Shown: positions 1 through 6,906 of the stretch, piece after piece
Position numbering within the stretch: the first letter of the stretch is position 1
Layout of the letters: each line of letters starts with the position of its first letter
DNA from: Pseudomonadota bacterium
GTDB taxonomy: Bacteria > Pseudomonadota > Gammaproteobacteria > JAKAQQ01
Reading direction: 5' to 3'
Assembly: GCA_027320085.1 (NCBI GenBank)
Contig: DAHVLZ010000047.1
Location: 1-44,199 of the forward strand
Length of the DNA stretch: 44,199 nt
Notes under the pieces: model-generated
What the model was told of the DNA's origin: nothing
The model's input: only the letters and a program-made list of their open reading frames with translations
Database searches by the model: none
Program-made: the position numbers and the translations under genes

Positions 1-37
1 AACGTGTTGCCCTTTCCTGCTCGGTGAATACATCACG

Positions 38-141
38 ATGTTGATCGGCTATGCCCGTGTCTCGACGCCGGACCAAAACCTTCAGCTACAAGCTTGACGC
101 GTTGACGCGAGCGGGCTGCCAGAGGATCTTTCAGGACAAGA
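38..141 (+). pseudogene. Serine recombinase/resolvase N-terminal fragment, frameshifted and truncated
   Basis: ATG at 38 reads MLIGYARVSTPDQNLQLQ (YARVS catalytic motif), with a stop at 95-97. The +1 frame from 93 continues LDALTRAGCQRIFQDK, after which similarity ends. Confidence 0.85.
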
Positions 142-264
142 AAGGCCGCAGGCGGGGTCGGCCGACACGGCGTGCGCGATCGCACGCTCGTGCTCATTGC
201 CTACCGGCATGGCCTGCGCGTCGGCGAGCTCGTCGCCCTACGCTGGGACCAGGTCGATCTCAAG
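142..264 (+). pseudogene. Tyrosine recombinase fragment (FimB/FimE/XerC-like box I only)
   Basis: Reads KAAGGVGRHGVRDRTLVLIAYRHGLRVGELVALRWDQVDLK, containing the GLRxxEL box I motif. No HxxR or catalytic Tyr follows. Confidence 0.8.
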
Positions 265-540
265 TGGATGACGGCCACCCCATCGGATGGGTACAGGGAA
301 CCTCCGCTCACGTCGATTTGTGCCGTCAAGTCCGCTGCATCAAAACCAGAGATCGATGCGATGATGCCGGTCAAACTGGATGGGGACGTGACGGAGAAGT
401 TTTCTTCTTCAACCCTCTGATGACTACCACACGAAGCCTTCGGTTGGTAGCAAATGGCCTTGGGGAGATTCAGGCCGCGCCGTAGGCATACTCGATGGAC
501 TGCGGCCTCCCACCGGCTTTTGATGCCTGCAAGATCTCTA

Positions 541-734
541 TTCCGACAATTTCGCCTAATTGGCCTTCTAACTATGAGATTTTCGACATTAATATGGATT
601 TCAGCGCATTTTTCGACAGAACTATATGGATTTCGACCGCCAAGATGTTATGATGGTTTTCGACATTTAGGCTCTTAAAATGGCGTTTTTCGACTGTCCT
701 ACAGGGTTTTCGACCAATGAAGCTCCATTTCAAC
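541..734 (+). repeat. Phased array of TTTCGAC direct repeats (degenerate 77-bp duplication) upstream of fic
   Basis: Exact TTTCGAC at 581, 611, 631, 658, 688 and 708; variants at 541 (TTCCGAC), 550 (TTTCGCC) and 728 (TTTCAAC). Confidence 0.85.
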
Positions 735-2294
735 GAAACAACGGCGTTCCAGGAAAACACGGTTCCGGATAACGCCAAGCTGGCCGGGTGGGCTGCTCTC
801 GTCCGCGCACTGGCGATCGCAGCCCCCGTCCGGCGGCCGAGCTGCGTTTCCGAAAAGCATATCCGCGGCAACCGGCGCGAAGAGAAACCGTGGACCGTCT
901 TCGATAAGCGCTATTGGCCCGGCGACAATTTCGCCGACCATCTGCTCTTTGCCCTGCGGCACGAAGACATCGATCTCCTGATCCTGAAACGTGTTTTCGA
1001 CGCCGTGCCGGAAGCCGAAATGGCGGCCCTGGTGCGCAAAGCGCCGACCGGCGTTCCTACGCGGCGCGCTTGGTATCTCTATGAGCTATTGACCAGCCGC
1101 AAGCTCGCGGTCGACGACGCGCCGAATGCGACGGCGATCGATCTGCTCGACCCGAAACTCTATTTCACGGGCAAGCCGACCTTATCGCGGCGCCATCGCC
1201 TGCGCGATAATTTGCTCGGAACGGGACGCTGGTGTCCGATTATCCGGCGCACCGGGAAGCTGACGCGCTATCTGGACTCGAAGCTTGCCGATAAAGCAAA
1301 GGAAACCGTTGGCAAGACCGGCGCTCATCTCATCGCGCGCGCGGCTAGTTTCCTGTTGCTGGCCGATAGTCAGGCCAGTTTTGCGATCGAAGGCGAGCGG
1401 CCTCCCTGTAAGCGGCTGGAGCGTTGGGCACGTGCCGTTCAACAGGCGGGCAAACATCCGCTTACGCTAGACGAGATTGTACGACTACATAGCGTGCTGA
1501 TCGAAGATACGCGATTTATCCATCTCGGCCTGCGCCGGAACGGCGTCTTTTTGGGCGAACGGGATAGCCAAGGCGACCCGCTGCCGGAATTCATCGGCGC
1601 TCGGCCCCAAGATCTTGCCGAGCTTATGACCGGATTATTGGCGGTAAACGACCGGATGCGGGATAACGATCTCGATCCCGTGCTCCAAGCCGCTGCGACG
1701 GCCTTCGGTTTCGTCTATGTGCATCCGCTCGAAGACGGCAACGGACGTTTGCATCGATGCTTAATCCATCATGTGCTCGCGGAACGGAAATTCACGCCGC
1801 CCGGCATGGTGTTCCCGGTTTCGTCGGTGATGCTGGGCCGCATCGACGATTACCGCACGACACTTCAGAGTCGTTCCGGCCCGTTGATGGATTTCATCGA
1901 GTGGCGGCCGATGCCGGATCGCAATGTCGAGGTTCTCAACGACACAGCCGATCTCTATCGTTATTTCGACTGCACGGAAGAGGCGGAATTTCTCTACGCC
2001 TGTGTCGAACGCACGGTCGAGCACAATTTGCCGCACGAGATCGATTATCTGTGCCGGCATGACGAGGCTCTTCATGGCATCGCGAACACGGTCGAAATGC
2101 CGGATAGGCTTGCGGAGAATCTCGTGATGTTTATCCGCCGGAACAAAGGCACGTTGCCGAAAAAGCGCCGCAACGATGAATTTGAAAAGCTTACCGACAA
2201 AGAGGTCACTTCTCTCGAAACTATCGTTAGGAAGGCATTCGATGGGTTCGATGACGGCGCCGGCGACCCCGCCGCCGCGGATGGAAACGCCTAA
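717..2294 (+). CDS. Fic (Fido) family protein, class II-like, 525 aa
   Basis: Fic motif HPLEDGNGRLHR; N-terminal inhibitory motif SFAIEG matches (S/T)xxxE(G/N). Confidence 0.9.
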   Translation: MKLHFNETTAFQENTVPDNAKLAGWAALVRALAIAAPVRRPSCVSEKHIRGNRREEKPWTVFDKRYWPGDNFADHLLFALRHEDIDLLILKRVFDAVPEAEMAALVRKAPTGVPTRRAWYLYELLTSRKLAVDDAPNATAIDLLDPKLYFTGKPTLSRRHRLRDNLLGTGRWCPIIRRTGKLTRYLDSKLADKAKETVGKTGAHLIARAASFLLLADSQASFAIEGERPPCKRLERWARAVQQAGKHPLTLDEIVRLHSVLIEDTRFIHLGLRRNGVFLGERDSQGDPLPEFIGARPQDLAELMTGLLAVNDRMRDNDLDPVLQAAATAFGFVYVHPLEDGNGRLHRCLIHHVLAERKFTPPGMVFPVSSVMLGRIDDYRTTLQSRSGPLMDFIEWRPMPDRNVEVLNDTADLYRYFDCTEEAEFLYACVERTVEHNLPHEIDYLCRHDEALHGIANTVEMPDRLAENLVMFIRRNKGTLPKKRRNDEFEKLTDKEVTSLETIVRKAFDGFDDGAGDPAAADGNA

Positions 2295-2412
2295 CCGCAC
2301 AATATTTGTTGCTACAACGGATTGGTGTTGATCCGCGATCCCCCATTCACAGAAGATATGACCCTGATCGTCCGCAAAACGAGAATGAAAGCGACGAGGG
2401 GCTCAAGATTAT

Positions 2413-2751
2413 GGCTCTGTTGAATTTCAAGTGGGTTGACTGGCCACATATGGATTGATGTTTGAGAAGTCGAGTTTGCTGGCGATGAGGAAGATCACGG
2501 TGCGGATGGTCGAGAACCGGCCATAGCCGCGGGCCTTGCGCTTGGCGGCCTGGAAGAGTCCGTTCAGGGCCTCCAGGAAGCCATTCGTGGTGCGGGTCTG
2601 GGCCCAGGCACAGAGGCCCTCGAGTGGTGTCATGGACCGGATGCTCCCTTGGGACCCCCGGCACCCCCCACCGTGTCCCGGGCTTGAAGTCCACGACGAT
2701 CGTCAACGTCCGGGCCTTATCGCGAGCGAAAACCGGCACGGCATGCACGAA
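2413..2751 (-). mobile_element. ISL3-family IS remnant: internally deleted transposase with one terminal IR
   Basis: C-terminal peptide AWAQTRTTNGFLEALNGLFQAAKRKARGY (2427-2625) and N-terminal peptide RTLTIVVDFKPGTRWGVPGVPREHPVHDT (2625-2751) are joined out of frame. An ISL3-type GGCTCT terminus lies at 2413. Confidence 0.85.
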
Positions 2752-3069
2752 GTTGAGCTGGTCGTGACCGACCCTCACAACCCGCAAGCTCTTTGTGACC
2801 CGGGAAAGATTTCGTCTTTTCGTGCCCAAATACGTCAATGATCAAAACACGTTCTATCCTATGCTGAACACGTTGATCAGCTGGATCCGCGAGAACGGCG
2901 GATACCTGCATCCGGCCACGATGAAGCGAACAAGCAAAAACCACCCACCCGGTAGAGTGGATGACCTTCCACCGGGTTGTGGGGGAAAGAGTGGCTGCAA
3001 TCACTGGCCAGACGGAGGAGATGCTCAGCTGCCCACCGGGTGGACAGGCGTTTCCGGGAACTCTGGAAA

Positions 3070-3768
3070 TCAGGCAGGCCGTTCGAGCCTTTCCACCGCT
3101 GAGGATCCGCCAGCCACGAAAATGTACTCGGGAATCCGGTGGGCGAAAATACCCGATTCGATAACCCCTGGAATCGATTTGAGCTGGATCTCCATGTGCT
3201 GTGGATCGTTCAGAGGCAGATGGAGGACATCCAGGATCTGGTTACCATTGTCCGTGAGGTAATGTTCTCGCAAGGCCGGTGCCCCACCCAGCCGAACGAT
3301 CTGGCGGGCCGTGAAACTGCGGGCGAACGGCAGGACCTCAACCGGAACCGCTACCGAATCCGCCAAACGATCAAAGCGTTTGCGGCCATCAGCGATGACC
3401 ACAAATTTCCGGCTCGCCGTCGCGAGTATCTTCTCCCGCGTGAGTGCTCCGCCATGGCCTTTGATAAGACGGAAATGGGGATCAAAAGCATCCGTGCCAT
3501 CCACGTAAAGGTCGATATCACCCGTCTCGTTGAGGTCAAGAACCCGGATGCCAGCCTGTCGCAGCAGAGCTGCTGTCTGGTCCGAACTGGCGACGGCCGC
3601 CTCGAAGTGTGACTGGATACCCGCCAGGCCATCAATGAAGTAACGTACGGTGGAGCCGGTGCCAACACCCAGGAAACGGGTACCGCGGACCAGGGCGAGA
3701 GCCGCCTCGGCGGCCCGTCGCTTGGACGCATCGGCTGCAGGGGAGGACTCCTCGGGGCTCGGGATCAT
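3070..3768 (-). CDS. rpiA: Ribose-5-phosphate isomerase A
   Basis: GVGTGST, DGxD, LIKGxGGALTREKI, VPVEV and TDNGN motifs. Confidence 0.95.
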   Translation of the reverse strand: MIPSPEESSPAADASKRRAAEAALALVRGTRFLGVGTGSTVRYFIDGLAGIQSHFEAAVASSDQTAALLRQAGIRVLDLNETGDIDLYVDGTDAFDPHFRLIKGHGGALTREKILATASRKFVVIADGRKRFDRLADSVAVPVEVLPFARSFTARQIVRLGGAPALREHYLTDNGNQILDVLHLPLNDPQHMEIQLKSIPGVIESGIFAHRIPEYIFVAGGSSAVERLERPA

Positions 3769-3797
3769 TGGAGTATGAGGACCGGATCGTCGGGCGG

Positions 3798-3835
3798 AAA
3801 AAAGCGCTGGGCCGAACTCTTGGTCAACCCAGCGC
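3798..3835 (-). terminator. Rho-independent terminator after the H1-like gene
   Basis: Minus strand reads GCGCTGGG-N16-CCCAGCGC followed by TTTTTT. Confidence 0.7.
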
Positions 3836-3852
3836 CCCAGTCTTCTACCCGA

Positions 3853-4239
3853 TCAGAAAATTGCGCTGATCGAGGTTTCACCACTTTCAAAGACCGAAGT
3901 CTTAGGCTCCGGGGTAAAAACCGGACGCGGACCCGATCCCGTGGAATGTTTTTTGGCCGGTTTCCGGGCCGGTTTTTTCTTCACCGACGAGGTTTTCCGG
4001 CTAGATGCCTTTTTTTTTACGCTGCTTTTTTTGGGCTTGGCCGCAGCCTTTTTGGGCTTGGCCTTGCTTCGAGAAGCCGCTTTTTTCTTCTTCGCGGGAG
4101 CCTTTTTCTTGGCTACCGCTTTCTTCTTGGCGACAGGCCGGCGACGAGCCGCAGTTTTGGCCTTGTGGGCCGGCTTACGACGGGCGGCGGGCTTTTTCTT
4201 CGCCACTGCACGCTTCTTGGTCACTTTACGTTTCATCAT
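3853..4239 (-). CDS. Histone H1-like Lys/Ala/Arg-rich basic protein (putative nucleoid-associated)
   Basis: Repeated AKKK/KKKA/KKKPA units; GGAG SD before the ATG at 4239; it has its own terminator. Confidence 0.8.
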   Translation of the reverse strand: MMKRKVTKKRAVAKKKPAARRKPAHKAKTAARRRPVAKKKAVAKKKAPAKKKKAASRSKAKPKKAAAKPKKSSVKKKASSRKTSSVKKKPARKPAKKHSTGSGPRPVFTPEPKTSVFESGETSISAIF

Positions 4240-4272
4240 CGCGGAATCTCCGCTGTGTAACAACACGTGGAG

Positions 4273-4301
4273 AGTATATCCAATTAAAAAAAAAATTCAG
4301 G
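4273..4301 (-). promoter_or_regulatory. Putative sigma70 promoter of the H1-like gene with a T10 tract in the spacer
   Basis: -10 TATACT (4278-4273); T10 at 4295-4286; weak -35 (CCTGAA or CTGAAT). Confidence 0.45.
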
Positions 4302-4354
4302 ATTTTTTTCGTCTTTGAGTTTCACTCTCCCCCGATCTCGGGTACAAAGGGACC

Positions 4355-4828
4355 TCAAAGCGGAAGGAGATGGGTTTGAGCGAGGAGGTGGGTCCACTCC
4401 GATGGGGTGACCGGCAGGATGGAAAGCCGATTGCCGCGGCGGAGCAGACGGAACTCATGGAGTTCAGGATCTCCACGCAGACGGCTGAGCAGGAGGACGG
4501 GACTCAGGCGAGCAGTCAGCCGGACATCGACCGCGTACCAACGGGGCTCTCCAGGGAGATTACGGGGATCCCAGTAGGGGCTTTCCGGATCAGATGCCGT
4601 GGGATCCGGATAGCCCGCCTGAACCACCTCCAGGAGCCCCACGATTCCCGGCTGCTCGCAGCTCGAGTGATAAAGAAAGGCTTGGTCACCCACTTGGATC
4701 TGGTCGCGAAGGAGATTCCGGGCCTCATAGTTGCGGACACCATCCCAGCGTGCCATCCGTCCGGGCAGGGCAAGCAGATGGTCCAGCCCGAACTCCCGGG
4801 GTTCCGATTTAAAAAGCCAGTAAGACAT
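4355..4828 (-). CDS. EVE domain protein
   Basis: MSYWLFKSEP...WDGVRNYEARN...YHS...RLSILPV signature; start set at MSYW. Confidence 0.93.
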   Translation of the reverse strand: MSYWLFKSEPREFGLDHLLALPGRMARWDGVRNYEARNLLRDQIQVGDQAFLYHSSCEQPGIVGLLEVVQAGYPDPTASDPESPYWDPRNLPGEPRWYAVDVRLTARLSPVLLLSRLRGDPELHEFRLLRRGNRLSILPVTPSEWTHLLAQTHLLPL

Positions 4829-4848
4829 GGAATTGCTTACCGAAATCC

Positions 4849-5427
4849 TTATTTGAGACCAGGCCACGAGGGGTGGAAGCAACCGTTTCGGTACCAGCCT
4901 CGGTCGGTGACAACCCAGTCAAGAGGAACGTCCCAGGGCGCTTCAGGAATCGAATCGACCCGTTGCCGGTCATGGGCCACACCAATACGGAGGGGTCTGA
5001 TTGGTCCTTCCCGTTCCCCGGCCAGGGTCCGGTCGTAAAAGCCGCCGCCCGTACCCAGGCGTCGCCCCCACGAATCAAACGCCCGCAGGGGGAGCAGAAT
5101 CGCGTCAAGCCGTTCGGGGGAAAGGGAGTGACCGGTCGTGGGTTCGGGAATTCCGAAGCGGTTGGGCCGGAGATCGGTCCCCGGTTCCCAAGAGACGAAC
5201 TCGAGGCTTCCGCCCTGCAAACGTGGGAGATAAACATGGAGACCGAAAGGTGAACCCACGCTTCCCAGCCCGGTAAAGCCGTTGGGATCGATTTCACCCC
5301 GCACCGGGAAATAGCTCGCCAGATGACCCGGGGCCATATCGCGGAGGAAGGGTGCCAGTTGCGGGGCCAGTCGTCTTGCGGCCACTCCCTGAGTTTCGGC
5401 ATCAAGATGCCGGATCAGGTCTTTCAT
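4849..5427 (-). CDS. ygfA: 5-formyltetrahydrofolate cyclo-ligase (start uncertain; the ORF-track extension to 5547 overlaps 6S RNA)
   Basis: FGIPEP, RLGTGGGFYDR and PWDVPLD motifs; located downstream of ssrS as in E. coli. Confidence 0.9.
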   Translation of the reverse strand: MKDLIRHLDAETQGVAARRLAPQLAPFLRDMAPGHLASYFPVRGEIDPNGFTGLGSVGSPFGLHVYLPRLQGGSLEFVSWEPGTDLRPNRFGIPEPTTGHSLSPERLDAILLPLRAFDSWGRRLGTGGGFYDRTLAGEREGPIRPLRIGVAHDRQRVDSIPEAPWDVPLDWVVTDRGWYRNGCFHPSWPGLK

Positions 5428-5476
5428 GCGCGAACGAAGTACTTCCCGGCACGCTTGATCCGTCTCCGGAAGAGGG

Positions 5477-5660
5477 ACATCTCCCGCTTGCGCCGTTACC
5501 GGCTTTTGCCCTTGAACCTGAGGTTCAGGTGGAGGCTTCGAGGTCATCTTCAGGCTCCCCGCTCAGGGACGGGTCTGCACAACAACGACCTGTCGGCTTC
5601 CGGGATGGATCATTAGGCTCGAAGAGAATCCCAGCCCGTATCGAGCGCAGCAGGAGACGT
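5477..5660 (-). ncRNA. ssrS: 6S RNA (about 184 nt)
   Basis: Termini pair (ACGUCUCCUGCUGCGC / GCGCAAGCGGGAGAUGU). The 3' part CACCUGAACCUCAGGUUCAAGGG resembles the gammaproteobacterial 6S motif. zapA-ssrS-ygfA synteny is present. Confidence 0.9.
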
Positions 5661-5667
5661 CGGTTCC

Positions 5668-5696
5668 ATGATGAACCGGCTAGCTGGTATTTACAA
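5668..5696 (-). promoter_or_regulatory. Putative ssrS promoter
   Basis: TTGTAA-N17-CATCAT-N7 places +1 at 5660, the predicted 5' end of 6S RNA. Confidence 0.55.
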
Positions 5697-5751
5697 GAGG
5701 GAGCGGGCTCGTCCAGATGGGCGTGACCCGACGGGGGTTTCCGGGCCATCC

Positions 5752-6036
5752 TTAGAGAGACGCGGCGAGCTCCAAATTCAGTCGATGGAGCTGTTCGAGC
5801 CAACGGCCGGATTCCGGCCCCCCCTCCCGCTTGGTCTCAAGTAGCTGGTGTGCGAGGTCCAAACCCACCATGATGGCGATCCGGTCGAGGCCTACGAGTT
5901 TCCCTTCGTTCCGGAGCTTTTGCATCTCATCGTTCAGGAAGGTTGCCGCCTCGAGCAGGGCCAGGCGTTCGTTCTCCGGACAGTTCACTTGGAACTCGCG
6001 GTCCAGGATGCGGATGCGGACAGGAGTGGCTGTCAC
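5752..6036 (-). CDS. zapA: Cell division protein ZapA
   Basis: VRIRILDREFQVNCPENE...DRIAIMVGLDLAH pattern; synteny with ssrS. Confidence 0.92.
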   Translation of the reverse strand: MTATPVRIRILDREFQVNCPENERLALLEAATFLNDEMQKLRNEGKLVGLDRIAIMVGLDLAHQLLETKREGGPESGRWLEQLHRLNLELAASL

Positions 6037-6245
6037 CGTTCGTTTTCAAGTGATTTGAGACGATGGATCATGGATTCCACCCGGAAACGGACATCATCCC
6101 GGTTATGCAACAGCGTTGCCCGCTCTTGTGCCAGCTCTGCCAGTTTGGTTCGCAGGGAACGGTTTTCCTGCTGCAGTTGGCCCTTTTCGGCAAGCAGAAG
6201 ATGGACGGACCGTTCTAGGTTTGCGAGTTCTTCTTGCCAGTTCAT
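6033..6245 (-). CDS. Small coiled-coil protein, TIGR02449/ZapB-like
   Basis: Heptad pattern ending RVESMIHRLKSLE; overlaps the zapA start. Confidence 0.85.
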   Translation of the reverse strand: MNWQEELANLERSVHLLLAEKGQLQQENRSLRTKLAELAQERATLLHNRDDVRFRVESMIHRLKSLENER

Positions 6246-6360
6246 ATTGCCTCCGGAAGGGATTCACTATACAACAAATCCGGACGAAGACGGGCGGGTC
6301 CAGTGCCCTCGCATGCTAGAATCGCACCATGCAGGTGTCCGACGCCCGGGGCAACGGGTC

Positions 6361-6906
6361 ATGAGCAATAGCGACCGACCGAGGGAGTCCGGGCGGATTC
6401 CGGTGCACCAGTTGCAGGGAGAGGTGTGTGGGTTCCTCTGTGCGGGCTGGACCCCCGAGGAAAACGAACCACACGCGAGCCGGGGTTCCCGTTCTCCAAC
6501 GCCTATGGAGTGGGGGGATTCCGAGTGGGATTTCTGGCGGGTCCAGGGTTCCCTGTGGGCCCAGCAACTGGCGCGTGGCCAGCTCGACTTTAATCTCGGC
6601 CTGCCGGACGATGAAGAAACATTGGAGACGCGAGTCAAAGCTTTGGCTTGCTGGCTGGGAGGCTTTCTCTCGACCTTGGGTGAGGTGGGATCCGGATTCC
6701 CAAAGACACGGGAGGGTCGTGAGGTGCTTCGGGACCTGGTCGAGATCAGCCGCGTGGACCCTCCCCCGGTCGCCACGGAGAACGATGAAAGGGACTTTTT
6801 GGAAGTCGCCGAGTACGTGCGCATGGCAGTCCAGTTTTTGTACGATGAGCGCCGGGGGGCGACCGCGCCCCCGGTCTCCGAGGAGTCCCCGCATGAACCA
6901 CCGTGA
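6361..6906 (+). CDS. ygfB: UPF0149 (YgfB/YecA) family protein
   Basis: LPDDEETLETRVKALACWLGGFL and EVAEYVRMA motifs; divergent from zapA and upstream of pepP. Confidence 0.85.
   Translation: MSNSDRPRESGRIPVHQLQGEVCGFLCAGWTPEENEPHASRGSRSPTPMEWGDSEWDFWRVQGSLWAQQLARGQLDFNLGLPDDEETLETRVKALACWLGGFLSTLGEVGSGFPKTREGREVLRDLVEISRVDPPPVATENDERDFLEVAEYVRMAVQFLYDERRGATAPPVSEESPHEPP

Noticed and set aside
86-97. Programmed frameshift in the resolvase
   Set aside because: There is no slippery heptamer, and the gene is truncated about 16 codons later, so simple decay is more likely.
454-678. 74-aa ORF as a Fic antitoxin
   Set aside because: It has no (S/T)xxxE(G/N) motif, its sequence is dictated by the DNA repeats, and the Fic protein already carries its own inhibitory motif.
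541-734. TTTCGAC array as a CRISPR array
   Set aside because: The repeat is only 7-10 bp, the spacing is irregular (20-30 bp) and there are no cas genes.
3775-4379. Phe/Leu-rich plus-strand ORFs resembling membrane proteins
   Set aside because: They are antisense shadows of the Lys-codon-rich H1-like gene.
5428-5547. N-terminal extension of ygfA in the ORF track
   Set aside because: Most of it overlaps the predicted 6S RNA.
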